Under the pieces are notes generated by a model that was given only the letters and a program-made list of their open reading frames with translations, did not search any database and was not told the DNA's origin. Positions 28,201 through 38,157 of a stretch of 64,000 nucleotides of DNA are shown one piece after another. The translations under genes were made by a program, and so were the position numbers. Each line of letters begins with the position of its first letter. The stretch's first letter is position 1. Origin of the DNA: a virus; the IMG/VR virus record IMGVR_UViG_3300042561_000402, positions 5,899 through 69,898 of that record, one strand, 5' to 3'.

Positions 28201-31200
28201 CAACTCGGACAAGGGATCTGCCTTGCGAGGACGAACTGCTTCTCCAGTAACCTTTTTTGCGGCTTTTTGAGCGAGCTTCTGAGCCTGCTCTTCGATGGTT
28301 AGTTTCTTAGCTTCTTGCTTTGCGGCATTATTGGCAGCTTGATCGATGCTGGACTTGTTGGCGTTGACAGCAGCATTAAAGGCGGCATTGTCTCCATCCT
28401 CGATATCTTTCTTAATTTGATCAATCTTGCTTTTGCGTTCCTTGATTTTTTTCGCAACAGCCTTATCGGTATCTTTCTTGAGCTTGCGAAGAATGCCATC
28501 GGCCCCAAGATCCATGAAGCGAGAGATAGCCTGAACGCCTTGGCCCAACTCTTTGAAGTATTCGTTTGTCCAGTTAAAGAAGTCCACATGAGCCTCAACA
28601 GAAGCTTTGTAATCCTCGTTGCGCCCACTCTTCTTTGTGTTCTTGCGATAGTCCATCAGCCTGCGATTTACGATCTGTGCCATCATGGAACGCACGGGCA
28701 TTGAAACACCATTCTCCATGTCCTTGGTAGCGGCAATGGCCTCATCCAGAGAAAGACCGCGCATCACTTCGTTGGCCTCTTGAACGCTAACATCGTTACG
28801 AAGAACTTCATAAACAGTTTCAATCTTACGGGCCACTGACGGCGGAAGATCTTCTTTGACTCGCCGCGCAAAGCTATAAGCCCGCTCTTCAATCTCGTCT
28901 TCAGCCCTTTTCTTGGACGCCATGTCGGAGATCTCGGCAATGCCACGCTGGATATCAAGTTGCTTGGAGATGGCCTCGGCCAATGTGGTAGCAACCTCTG
29001 GAGATAGATTGGTGTAGCGAATAATGGCATCTTCCAAGGTCTGCGTATCCCTCCCAGAATTCATCCACGCATTTGTAATAGTCTCAAGCGGCAGGGTTCC
29101 TTCGGTAGATCCTTCTGCGGCACTCTGTTCATTGGCCAACTTGAATGCCGCGCCCATCACTTTGATGGTGGATGCTTCTGGGGTACCATCTATCTGGTCT
29201 TCGACCTGTTCGGGAGAGATCTCAAATTCTTCTTCGGGGGCATAGCGGACATCTTCCTCTTCGGCCAAGAAGCGTTCAGACAGTGGAATAACATTATCCT
29301 GATCGTCGCGGGTTATGGCATCGGCAGACTTAATCTGGCTTGAATTGAATACAATAGTATGCACTGTATCGGCCCCCATGCCAGCCATCGCCTTACCAAT
29401 TCTTTTTTGCGAACCAAACTTTTGATTTACCAGATTATCAACAATACCATCAAACCCAGCCGCTTCAATTGCCTCGCGGATAATTTCGCTTGATGCCAAA
29501 TCCCCGTTCTCATCCGAAGCCCACATGATACCAGAATCCTCTTGCTTGAGTATACTAACCAAGTCAGAAGCGTTAATGCCGCCTTGATCAAATGCAGCTT
29601 CCAAAATATTGCCAACGGCCTTGTCTGCATCTACAGCGCTATCTTCGCTGTATCTTTCGATGATGGAACGGAGTTGATCAAGGAAATCCACCAAGGTACC
29701 AGTAGGCTCTCCGTATTCTTCATTCGTCTCATCGTACGGAGCTTCATAGTCCAAGAAGGTTTCATTGGGGCCACCAACATTGAAGGGGTTTTCAAGACGG
29801 ACATACACGCGCATGATGCGCTGACCGCCACCACTGAGAATTTCGCGAGCCTTTTCTTTTGCGACATCCTCGTCCATGTCCTCATTGCTTTGAAGCTGTT
29901 CGGCAAGGCGCTCAATGCGATTGGTGAGGTCTGGGCCTTCGCCAGCATAGTTGGTCTGGGCATCGGCTTCTGTGTTGGTCAGGTAGTAACCCTTGCCAAA
30001 ATCGTTTTCAATGTTTGCACGATCTTTTTTGAATACGTTGAAGATGTGGGTTGTGCCGTGGAAAAGAAGATTTTCTGAATTGTAATTCCTCGATTTTGCA
30101 ACTTCATCCGTAAGCCTCTGCGCCTCTTCAACATTATTACTGGCAGCAGCATCAATGTGTTTTTTGGTTGCCTCGCGCACTTCAGGTTCTGGTGCCAGAG
30201 AGTTGTACCTAATCAAATTGGCAGATTCTTCAGAATAAGCATATGTTTGTGGCTGATAAATTTGAAATGGTCTTGCAACCGAATCAATGCGATACAATTG
30301 AAGCTTTTTCTTTGGATCTGTTACAAGCTGATAGAATGACTCATATGCATCAAGTCCAAGCTTGGCCTGAATCATGTCTAAAAATTCCCAGAATATCTTG
30401 GCAAGCTTGCCCATAAATGTGTCTGGAGCAGCTTGCTTTTCACGAACAAGATCCGTCATATTTTCAGCAATCCACTCATCAAGCATGATATAGCGGTAAC
30501 TTTCATTATCGTAGATGATCTGGTATTTCGTGATATTGCCCTGCGAATCAATAACTGGAGCCAATTTTGTTTCGGCCTCTTTTGGATTAAAAATCTTATA
30601 GTCCTCGTATTGTTCTGGCGTTAGGCTATAGCGACCAACAAAAGCCAAGAACCAAGGATTCTCATTAATATATTCAGACAGAGCCCCAGTGTAATCCTTG
30701 CTCATTTTGCCAAGCTCTTCTTTGGGCAAGAAACGAGAAAGCCCGTGCCAGAACTCATGGATGCCAACCCTCGCGCCAAGCTCTGGTTTGTCCTGAGTAA
30801 GATAAAAGCTTACAAGGCTATCTCCGAAATCGAAATTGCTGACGTTTCCAGCGCCACGAATGGAAATGGCCGTATCGCCAATGGCGTCTGGACGTATGGT
30901 GTTTACGAAATCCGTAAGGGCTTTCGCTGTTTCATCTGAAATCTTGCCGCTTGAACGCTCTCTGGCTATGCGCTCAATGATGGGCGCTTGACCCCTGACA
31001 CGGGGACGCTGTCTTTTTTGGGATTCCCGCTTGATCCTGTCGCGCAATTCTGTGGATTGCTTTACAACGGCATTTACAGCTTTTAATGGGCCGTCTGTTT
31101 TCCCCTGTTTAATGTCTTCAACAACATTTGTGATATCATACCCAAGGGAATTTTCAGGCTCTGGAGCCATATCGGCTTCTGCTGTAGTGGCTGGTGATGG

Positions 31201-34200
31201 CGCTGCTACGCCAGCCTTCTTTGCTGGTACTGTGTACATCCCAATATCAACCGAAGCTTCAATTACGCCAGCAGCCATAGAGCCTTTGGGCAACTGAAGA
31301 ATCTTTTGAATGGCCTCAACAAATGCTGTCCATAGAGTGCGGCTAGGTTGAGTCGGATCTTTGAGTGTTTTGAGAAGTTCGCGAAAATCGGGCTCTGCAA
31401 ATGTTTGAGAAACAAATTCCTCAATGTTTGCCAAGCCATACAACTGAACCCAGTTTAGATCCTTACGAAGAGTTCCTTGAGCCTGCAACCTTCTGGCCAT
31501 GGCGCGAGATGTATCTGCCTTGGGACTTCCAGCAACTCCATCAGCGCCAAAATATTGTTCCGTAATACCAAGCTGATCAATGGTCGATATGTAAAGCGAA
31601 AACAACTTCCTGATTGGCTCTGGTGTATTGGTGTCGTTGATGGCCTTGTTAAGCGTATCCAAATAATCCCTGCCCCTGTTTTGAGTAAATCTACGAGGAG
31701 CATATTTACGAATTTCGTCGGCAGTAATGGTGTGGCCAACCTCATGAACGAATAACTCAACAGGAGTTTTTAGGGTAGATGGTATGGCTATTACCCTCCT
31801 GCCATCAGACAAGGTGAACCTCCCAGCCCGCCCCTTCCTACCAAGAGAAGAAAGGCTTACAACCTCTTCGGAATCCAGAATGGGCATTTGCAACTCGGCA
31901 AGAATTGCTGCCACATCCTGCATCATTATCTCATTAGGATCAGATTGCGCGATCTTTGACAAATTGAGGCGCGAGACATTGATCAATGCCGCCCTAGCCG
32001 ACTTACCAATAACAACCTTTGGGGCTACAGAATTGACCCCATATTTCGTCTTGCCCTTAACATCCACTGGAGGTTTGCGGGCGCGTTCGCGTTCTGCTGC
32101 TTTTACAAAGTTTTGAGCCTGTTCCTCAGTCAATGCTCCAGCAAGCGGGGCTTGTGCAGGGGCGGCAGCAACGGGCGGCTCGGCGGGAGGTGCTGCTGGG
32201 GGTAGCGCTACTTGCGCGGTTTTTGGGGCGGTAGCAGGAACCCCTCGTCCTTCAATAGCTGGACTAGGCGGGACTTCTCCTGCGGCGACAGGGACTGCTT
32301 TGGCTTCTGGTTGAGCTTGAGCAATTCCTCGCTGGGGTTGGGTAGCTTGTTCATCTTTTCTTCTCCATTGTTTATTCTGCTGTAGCTCGTCTTGAGCCAT
32401 TCGTTGATTTTCTGCTTTTGCGCTCTCAACCATCTGTGCTGCTTCTTCTGGAGCAACATTAAATGCCAGTTGATAGTATTCTGGATCTTCAGAATAACGC
32501 ATCTGGGCAGGAATAACCCCGCCATTCTCTTCAAATTTTGCTCGCACGAAGTCTCTCCACTCTTCGGCTCCCATTTCCCCAGCCTCGTCTTGATAGCTAG
32601 ATGCCACAAGTGCGGCAGTTTCTTCATCAACTCCAATGCTAGTCAGAATCTTTACTGCTTGTTTGCCGCGAGGATTAAGAGTTTCAGGGTCAATTGTTGG
32701 GCGAGCTTCGGGTTGGGCGGGTTCCGTGGGAGGAGTAACCTCACCAACAGCGGGAGGCGTGACTGCTGCAACACCAGTTTCAGGCACTACGATTCTACTC
32801 GGATCATCAGAATTTATGCGTAGTTGTTTAACAAACTCCTCTGGCTCCATCTTTCCTTTAACGCGATCCCAAGCTTTTCCTACACTGGAGTTTTTCTCAG
32901 GCGATGGAACTTCTCCCTTTTCCTGCAATGATTTTAGTACGGCCTCATAATATGAGTCAACTATTCCTGCCCCCATTTGCTTAAATCCCTCTTCAATTCC
33001 AGCCCCAGTCTCCTTCTTTTGTAGGGCTTCCAATGCTTGTCGTTGAGCCTCTTCCTGCTCCTTGAGAAGTTGCGCTATCTTAGCTTGGGTATTGCCATCG
33101 CCTGCGGGCGGTTGTCCTTCGGCTTGCTGCTTTAGGGCTTCGGCGCTTGCTGGGCCATAGCGTTTAGCTTCTTCAGATTCTGCTGTTTCTTTAGCTTCGG
33201 TTTGCGCCCTTTGTGCCGCAATTTCTTCAGCAATCCTTTGTATCTCAGCCGCCTTGGCTTGGGTGGTTTCTGAAAGTCCAATCATGCGAACCAGCGGAAC
33301 CATGCCAACATTCTCTGCCATCAAGCGTCCAGCTTCGGTAACAGTAGCAACGCCCTGTTCGTTGATTTCAACCATCGGGTTCTTCTTGCTGGGTAGGAAC
33401 CTACCCTCACCAACACTAGTAATGCCAACTGCTACACGCTCGCGGCCCGTCAGAGACTCAGCACCAAGTCCATTGGCAATCTTAGCCAAGGCCGTAACGC
33501 TATCTTTGGTTTGCTGAGTGGCTCCAAGCGCGTCCAACTGATCCACAATTTGTTCGTTGACCACATTGATGCGCGAAGGAACAAGGATTTCGTTGTAGTA
33601 AGAAAAGTCTGCTGCTGCCAGTTTGGCCTCAAGTTGGTTTCGGGCCACACGGGAAATGCCATCATCCTCCAAAAGTTCAGTGAGTTGCTTGCGCTCTTCT
33701 TGCAGGGTTGTCATCCTGTTACGATCCACAGAACGAGCGCCAAGATTCGTCGCCATATCGCTAGGCTGAGTTACATCATATTCGCGCTGAAACTCTGCTC
33801 CAATCGGGGAGGATGCTGCTGCTTCGGAGATTTCTTTTTCAACATCGGAAATGGACTGCCGCATTGATGCCATGGACTCTTCCCTGCGAGCCATCTGGCT
33901 GGGAGCCCGCATGTAGTCATATCCATATTTAAGTCCCTCTACGGTTCCACCCGTAATTCCGCCAATAACCAAAGCCTTGAATGCATTATTAACAATGTCA
34001 GATGTGGCCAGTTCGGGGTTGAATGAGAATTGTTCAATGATTCCTTGGGCAAGCTGATCAGCAAACTCTTCGTAGCCCTCATTTCGCATGCCCTTAAAAA
34101 TATTAGGAACGAACGCATCAAGTTCCCCCTTGAATGCCGCCGTATTAAGCTTTGCCTTAATGCCATCCACACCTTCGCGGAACACGCCTTCCGCACCACG

Positions 34201-35901
34201 CTTACCTCCCAAGGTGGTTACAATAGCGGTAGACAATCCAGAGAGAGCGGCGGGTAGCTGGGCCTCTTTGACGGCTTCCGCTCTGGCTTGAACTGGATCC
34301 ATTCCACCATCGATTTTCTCTTTTTCAAGTTGCTGAAAGGCCGAAGAAAGAACCCCACCATAAGACTGGGCAAATGCCATGCCAACCGAAGATCCAAATC
34401 CAATATTGCTGACAGTCTTTGGCTTAAGGCCAAGCTTGCTGCCACCAAGACCAATTGCACTTCCGAAGCCAATTTGTGTAACAATTTGAGGAACAACAGC
34501 CGCGAGTTCTGCGGCAAATGTTGGCCCACCAATCTCCTGTGAGATGCGGCTTAATCTTTGGATCTCGTCACTTGTTTTAGTTGCGGAATCCAAAAACGGA
34601 TCGGCAAAATCTTGCGCCCCTAGCGTGAGCGCTGTTCCGCCAACAATGGCCTGACCAGCCTCAAGCAGTCCAAGGGCTCCCTTGGTAAGACCAATACCGA
34701 TTTGTGGAAAAGTTTTACCAACATAATCCAACCAGTCTTCGTTGCGATTTTTCCATTGGGATATCTGCTGTTTTGGAGAAACGTTTTCTAAGTTATTCTC
34801 TTTAACGAAGTCATTGAATTCGCTGACTTGTTGCAGAAATGGCAACTCAACCTTTGCAGCCTCTTCTTGAAGTTGTGGGATAGATGCGATGGTCTTTTGC
34901 TTCTTGGCATCAGAGATATCGAGGGCATTGATCTCCGCTTTAATTCCTTCAGCGTCCCACACATGGAGCGGGGACACTCGGATCTCGTTGTTGACGATGC
35001 CAACTTTGGCAGCTTCAGTTCTTCCAGTGCCATCCTCTGTTCCCAGCTTCCAAGTATCCGCTGGCCCCTCTTTAACTTTTTGGCCTCTGGCCAAATCAAG
35101 CATTGTTAGTGCTTCGCGATACAGTTTTCCTTTTTCGGGATCGTTCTGATTTAAAACGGATTCCTGTAATTCACGATACTCTTCAGGGCTACCCAAATAT
35201 TCTATAAGGTATGTTCCAACATCCATCCCCTTTTCAGCCGCCTGTCCAATCACATCGGCAGCATTATTAATCTTGGTTTCACCCTCCTTGAAGCGATCAA
35301 CAAATTGATTGTTTAGGGATTTCTCTTCGGCGCTATACTTAGCCTGAATGGATGCCATTGCTTCTTTGCGCTTCTGGTCATCTTCGATAGCGCGGGCTGC
35401 TTCGTATTCCTGCTCGGCGCGGCCATCCAATTCATATAGAGCGTTAGCTCCCTCATCCCCAAAAATCCCACTACCCCTGCGATCTTCGATGTAATCGATA
35501 CGGGCCTGTTTTTGATCGGCAAAATATTTATCGTAAGCTGGTTGAAGATCCTTAAGCTTGGAAGCATCATCACCTAATTGAGCCTGAGACCTAATCATGG
35601 ACTGCCATTGATTGGTCATTTCAACCTCTTGCTCTGGAGTGCGTTCTGGGGACTCTGCCAGACTTTTATATTTCTCAGAGGCCGACTGAAGAGCAACAGA
35701 TCTTTCTTTGTAGCCTTTGGCTACTTCGTCATATTGCTGAAGAATCGAAGGGGTGGACGGAGCATTTGCCGACTCTCCAATTACAGAGTCATTAGCGCCC
35801 CAATCGTCTTGTTGATCCTCAACTACGAGGTCGTTTTCGCCCCAAGTCTCCGAATCGTTTTCACCCACCACGGGATCGTTAATGCCCCATTCTTCATCCA
35901 T
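25231..35901 (-). CDS. 3556-aa large polyvalent / internal virion (ejection) protein
   Basis: Gly/Ala hydrophobic N-terminal region, two HExxH motifs (HEVGH, HEFWH), ART-like domain (LFHGT..FGKGYYLT..GFDGI..QIKS), helical LPD-type C-terminus. Confidence 0.8.
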   Translation of the reverse strand: MDEEWGINDPVVGENDSETWGENDLVVEDQQDDWGANDSVIGESANAPSTPSILQQYDEVAKGYKERSVALQSASEKYKSLAESPERTPEQEVEMTNQWQSMIRSQAQLGDDASKLKDLQPAYDKYFADQKQARIDYIEDRRGSGIFGDEGANALYELDGRAEQEYEAARAIEDDQKRKEAMASIQAKYSAEEKSLNNQFVDRFKEGETKINNAADVIGQAAEKGMDVGTYLIEYLGSPEEYRELQESVLNQNDPEKGKLYREALTMLDLARGQKVKEGPADTWKLGTEDGTGRTEAAKVGIVNNEIRVSPLHVWDAEGIKAEINALDISDAKKQKTIASIPQLQEEAAKVELPFLQQVSEFNDFVKENNLENVSPKQQISQWKNRNEDWLDYVGKTFPQIGIGLTKGALGLLEAGQAIVGGTALTLGAQDFADPFLDSATKTSDEIQRLSRISQEIGGPTFAAELAAVVPQIVTQIGFGSAIGLGGSKLGLKPKTVSNIGFGSSVGMAFAQSYGGVLSSAFQQLEKEKIDGGMDPVQARAEAVKEAQLPAALSGLSTAIVTTLGGKRGAEGVFREGVDGIKAKLNTAAFKGELDAFVPNIFKGMRNEGYEEFADQLAQGIIEQFSFNPELATSDIVNNAFKALVIGGITGGTVEGLKYGYDYMRAPSQMARREESMASMRQSISDVEKEISEAAASSPIGAEFQREYDVTQPSDMATNLGARSVDRNRMTTLQEERKQLTELLEDDGISRVARNQLEAKLAAADFSYYNEILVPSRINVVNEQIVDQLDALGATQQTKDSVTALAKIANGLGAESLTGRERVAVGITSVGEGRFLPSKKNPMVEINEQGVATVTEAGRLMAENVGMVPLVRMIGLSETTQAKAAEIQRIAEEIAAQRAQTEAKETAESEEAKRYGPASAEALKQQAEGQPPAGDGNTQAKIAQLLKEQEEAQRQALEALQKKETGAGIEEGFKQMGAGIVDSYYEAVLKSLQEKGEVPSPEKNSSVGKAWDRVKGKMEPEEFVKQLRINSDDPSRIVVPETGVAAVTPPAVGEVTPPTEPAQPEARPTIDPETLNPRGKQAVKILTSIGVDEETAALVASSYQDEAGEMGAEEWRDFVRAKFEENGGVIPAQMRYSEDPEYYQLAFNVAPEEAAQMVESAKAENQRMAQDELQQNKQWRRKDEQATQPQRGIAQAQPEAKAVPVAAGEVPPSPAIEGRGVPATAPKTAQVALPPAAPPAEPPVAAAPAQAPLAGALTEEQAQNFVKAAERERARKPPVDVKGKTKYGVNSVAPKVVIGKSARAALINVSRLNLSKIAQSDPNEIMMQDVAAILAELQMPILDSEEVVSLSSLGRKGRAGRFTLSDGRRVIAIPSTLKTPVELFVHEVGHTITADEIRKYAPRRFTQNRGRDYLDTLNKAINDTNTPEPIRKLFSLYISTIDQLGITEQYFGADGVAGSPKADTSRAMARRLQAQGTLRKDLNWVQLYGLANIEEFVSQTFAEPDFRELLKTLKDPTQPSRTLWTAFVEAIQKILQLPKGSMAAGVIEASVDIGMYTVPAKKAGVAAPSPATTAEADMAPEPENSLGYDITNVVEDIKQGKTDGPLKAVNAVVKQSTELRDRIKRESQKRQRPRVRGQAPIIERIARERSSGKISDETAKALTDFVNTIRPDAIGDTAISIRGAGNVSNFDFGDSLVSFYLTQDKPELGARVGIHEFWHGLSRFLPKEELGKMSKDYTGALSEYINENPWFLAFVGRYSLTPEQYEDYKIFNPKEAETKLAPVIDSQGNITKYQIIYDNESYRYIMLDEWIAENMTDLVREKQAAPDTFMGKLAKIFWEFLDMIQAKLGLDAYESFYQLVTDPKKKLQLYRIDSVARPFQIYQPQTYAYSEESANLIRYNSLAPEPEVREATKKHIDAAASNNVEEAQRLTDEVAKSRNYNSENLLFHGTTHIFNVFKKDRANIENDFGKGYYLTNTEADAQTNYAGEGPDLTNRIERLAEQLQSNEDMDEDVAKEKAREILSGGGQRIMRVYVRLENPFNVGGPNETFLDYEAPYDETNEEYGEPTGTLVDFLDQLRSIIERYSEDSAVDADKAVGNILEAAFDQGGINASDLVSILKQEDSGIMWASDENGDLASSEIIREAIEAAGFDGIVDNLVNQKFGSQKRIGKAMAGMGADTVHTIVFNSSQIKSADAITRDDQDNVIPLSERFLAEEEDVRYAPEEEFEISPEQVEDQIDGTPEASTIKVMGAAFKLANEQSAAEGSTEGTLPLETITNAWMNSGRDTQTLEDAIIRYTNLSPEVATTLAEAISKQLDIQRGIAEISDMASKKRAEDEIEERAYSFARRVKEDLPPSVARKIETVYEVLRNDVSVQEANEVMRGLSLDEAIAATKDMENGVSMPVRSMMAQIVNRRLMDYRKNTKKSGRNEDYKASVEAHVDFFNWTNEYFKELGQGVQAISRFMDLGADGILRKLKKDTDKAVAKKIKERKSKIDQIKKDIEDGDNAAFNAAVNANKSSIDQAANNAAKQEAKKLTIEEQAQKLAQKAAKKVTGEAVRPRKADPLSELVNGHLRKYNKDFLADARAMGISQETAQKIDESAQKLRDSRVATKSEKERFDAMQEERMRVKRQLARENKYIYGERPTIWENYQSMFSDRLARRLMRDPQKKVPPSLLLFTDRLTENLLGFIPESERQASTPKSFQAMVEDALNNKEKYQEAFNKALRDISAKVEELETEASETEEGNAAYFQALAAEEFLQKLAPKIQDFPVSEKLVSRFVGQKTKNLGISLIAEYNRWYRSSRRDRGEIDAKLQQRLIADLNIPLADARRLSQSIIKDFREKADARRQKALERFKKPQEKSDPIKETPLKKFFELTNMGALTDQDAYEIMANRFDLPTWDQKFADKIYEMAQDIQDMDDGLQRRLMTQNLMVEIARQKGFNLADLGSGFIYANILSSPDTHMVNIVDTLINNFANAFADAVSIKDFSRLRGVVNGYRKGIFEAVEVMKTGRRINMPSFEEKAPLIAELVRFGKKGGVKLASKEGANSVAQSILESKPAKFLNAAKWVGRLLEAQDALNFSASVEGQRYAEAARIATEEGLKGRSKQKRIHEILNVGDGAYQKALQQAEAEGYMGTEAKFRAIEIQDEKIPADIKDRSFERGLRDVYRNMPVGVAGQLAATVNSAFEKIDNPWVRNALKLTVSPFIITPVNLFNKWLDWSPWGYKRLFMGTGGWYGVDSKYYVAPYAKGTPEWRAQLFKANSSVMVMGLLGGLIKAGIMTLNGRGPSDEEERKQWSDDGNKPYTFRFGNGPQISFVYSPWAVPLSVMANMVNWNKYNAKDDASYAYRLMASVSFVPAIVMELPFFQGAADLIDLFNMKSNTDMVKRFEKFAEGKTGMLFPNFLRYIDRLFDPQQYDSQGVKGIIIDQMPFARRLGGPKMNMFGEPIGEGKPLLDRLAGRFVAFPKPSRESRILAKYDAYPYMPNPRRAEALIDGEKAPMTEEQYGEFAIGVGQEFKKWLNSNYDPDAEVSEQALERGKKRISKRLSEIRARWVRKVSTY

Positions 35902-35907
35902 TGTAAA

Positions 35908-36921
35908 TTATTGTTTGATCTTAATTTTACCGTCTTTCCCAATATAGGAGGTTCCAGACGGAAGTCGATCATATTGTTCCCTATTTGATGGAGAAGGAAA
36001 AACTTCAGGAGCGTTTTCTCCGATAGCTGATTTGTAGCGCTCGCGCAATCCAGCAACCTTGGCTCTAGCGCTATCAGTATCATCAGCGCCCGAAAGCAAA
36101 AGCTCGTTCAACTCTCCGTATGCCTGCTGTAGGTCAAGATTAATTTTGTCCTTCGGGGTTTCTTCTTTTTTCTCTGCCGTAGCCTGCTTTTCTGCAAATT
36201 TAGTCGTTCCGATTTGCTTGCTTACGGCATTTTGATCAAAGCGAATAACTCCTGCTGGTGCATTGGCATCATAGTATTTTGATAATTTTTCTTCTGGAAC
36301 CCCAGACTCCAATAGGGATTGCTGTGTTTTGAAAAACACCTCTTCATCTTTTTTCTGTTGCTCAGACTGTGTTACAAGAGAATTGTTATAAATCTCACTA
36401 GCCGCGCCATACTGGCCCCAAACCTTTTGAACGCCTTCATCAGTCGCTCCCAATGGGTTTTGGCCAAATAAGGTGGCTACGTTTTTTTGGTAATCAGGGG
36501 ATCGCGGATCAAGTTGGTTCAGTCCTCCAATAATAGCAGCGGCCTCCGAACGCTGTTGGGCTTGAAGTTTTTGCTCCGCCTCTTTAAGACCTCTATTGTA
36601 ATAAAATTCATCCTCTTGGAATTGCTGGTCGCGAGCTTGCATTTCAAATTGTTTTCTTTGGATGTCCATTTCCTGAAATGCTTTGGCCTCATCTATCTGG
36701 CGCTCGCGCTTTTTATCCCATTCCTCTTGCATACGAATGGCCCTACGGGAAGATCCTGTCGGCCTACCACCCCACTCTTCTGGAAATGATTCTGGAACCA
36801 TTTGCTTGGATGGTGATTCGTTCATCCTTCGCTGTAATCCAGCGGCAAGTTCTACTGGCTCTGGAAGTCTTTGACCAGAATTCCAAGGGCCACCATTAAT
36901 TGTTACTGGTTCTTCATCCAT
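35908..36921 (-). CDS. putative internal virion protein
   Basis: Helical and Q/E-rich; C-terminal YDRLPSGTSYIGKDG motif; adjacent to the giant protein. Confidence 0.55.
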   Translation of the reverse strand: MDEEPVTINGGPWNSGQRLPEPVELAAGLQRRMNESPSKQMVPESFPEEWGGRPTGSSRRAIRMQEEWDKKRERQIDEAKAFQEMDIQRKQFEMQARDQQFQEDEFYYNRGLKEAEQKLQAQQRSEAAAIIGGLNQLDPRSPDYQKNVATLFGQNPLGATDEGVQKVWGQYGAASEIYNNSLVTQSEQQKKDEEVFFKTQQSLLESGVPEEKLSKYYDANAPAGVIRFDQNAVSKQIGTTKFAEKQATAEKKEETPKDKINLDLQQAYGELNELLLSGADDTDSARAKVAGLRERYKSAIGENAPEVFPSPSNREQYDRLPSGTSYIGKDGKIKIKQ

Positions 36922-36926
36922 AAAAA

Positions 36927-38156
36927 TTAAAGATATCTCGTTTGGTCAAATGGATTGCTTCTGTAAATCATGTTTACGCTCTCGCCGCCAAATGGCCCAA
37001 CCGAATAATCTTGAGGATAATTTCTGCGAAGCCAATCATCTTTTGATTCTTCTGCACGGACACCAGAAGACGCAAAGGATGGCATGAATCCAGATGACAT
37101 AAATCCACCCAAGGGTTGGGGGCCACCAGAGGAAGCAAAACCAGAAGCCGTTCCAATACTTCGCACTGGAGAATATTCTCCCATTGATCCACGTTGAAAT
37201 TGAAAACCAAATGCATTCATTGGTTCACGGCTCATTGGGTCACGCCCAGTCTGTGCCTGCTTCCAACGCTCTGTCTCAACCGAGGCTTGCGCTCCCGCCA
37301 TACCGCCACGTTGTGCCGCAGACTCCGCCAGCCCTTGACGGAATGCATATCCTCTTTGAATTGATTTTTCGTCAAATTCTTTTTGTTTTTGTGCAATATC
37401 TTGTCTAATTCCAGCACCAGCCTCTCTCATTTGAGCCAACAATGCCTGTTGTTGCTCTGGGGTGCGAGGCATGGTTCCAGCTTGTTCGGCATTTTGGCGG
37501 GCCAACGCCCGTTGTTCTACCTGTTGTGGTGTAAGATTTGTTGAGGCAAATCCATAAGGGCTGACAATTTGTTCAACTCTCCCACCCGCGCCCGTTTCAA
37601 TATTTCTGCTGAATCCCGCCGCCCCCACGTTGGGGGATGTTGGCAATGGATTGTTGGCGTTCATTGCTGCCCCACGGCTTTCAATATTGGCCGCTCTTTC
37701 TGGATTTGAGTAAAGCGTATTTGAAAGGCGGCTACCAAATGGTGAAAGTTGGCTACCAAATGGATTTCCAAAAGAAGCGGTAGGAAGCGTATATCTGTTA
37801 GCCATCCTTGTTGCGGCATCTTGTGTGTATTGAACGTTTGCCTGATTTTGAGTTGATGCAAAAGTTGTGCTTGGATTTGTTCTGGTGAATCCACCAGCAG
37901 GAGTGTCTTGACCAAAATCAAAACGCCTATCTACAGTATCTAAAGATGTGGAACTCGCACCTCCAAACGGAAATCGCGGAAGACCGCCTTGTTGTGAAAA
38001 AGATGGAGCGCCCGCGCCCCTAAAATCCACTGCCCTCTCTCTATTGGTAAAAATAGAACCAGTATCAGCAATTGCCTGTCCGCGCATAGCAGCGGCATTT
38101 GCCCTGTTCATAACAGCTTCTGGAATTACAATTTCTTCTTCTTTACGAGGAGGCAT
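36927..38156 (-). CDS. putative internal virion protein
   Basis: G/A/Q/S-rich, Cys-free, co-oriented in the ejection cluster. Confidence 0.5.
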   Translation of the reverse strand: MPPRKEEEIVIPEAVMNRANAAAMRGQAIADTGSIFTNRERAVDFRGAGAPSFSQQGGLPRFPFGGASSTSLDTVDRRFDFGQDTPAGGFTRTNPSTTFASTQNQANVQYTQDAATRMANRYTLPTASFGNPFGSQLSPFGSRLSNTLYSNPERAANIESRGAAMNANNPLPTSPNVGAAGFSRNIETGAGGRVEQIVSPYGFASTNLTPQQVEQRALARQNAEQAGTMPRTPEQQQALLAQMREAGAGIRQDIAQKQKEFDEKSIQRGYAFRQGLAESAAQRGGMAGAQASVETERWKQAQTGRDPMSREPMNAFGFQFQRGSMGEYSPVRSIGTASGFASSGGPQPLGGFMSSGFMPSFASSGVRAEESKDDWLRRNYPQDYSVGPFGGESVNMIYRSNPFDQTRYL

Positions 38157-38157
38157 A

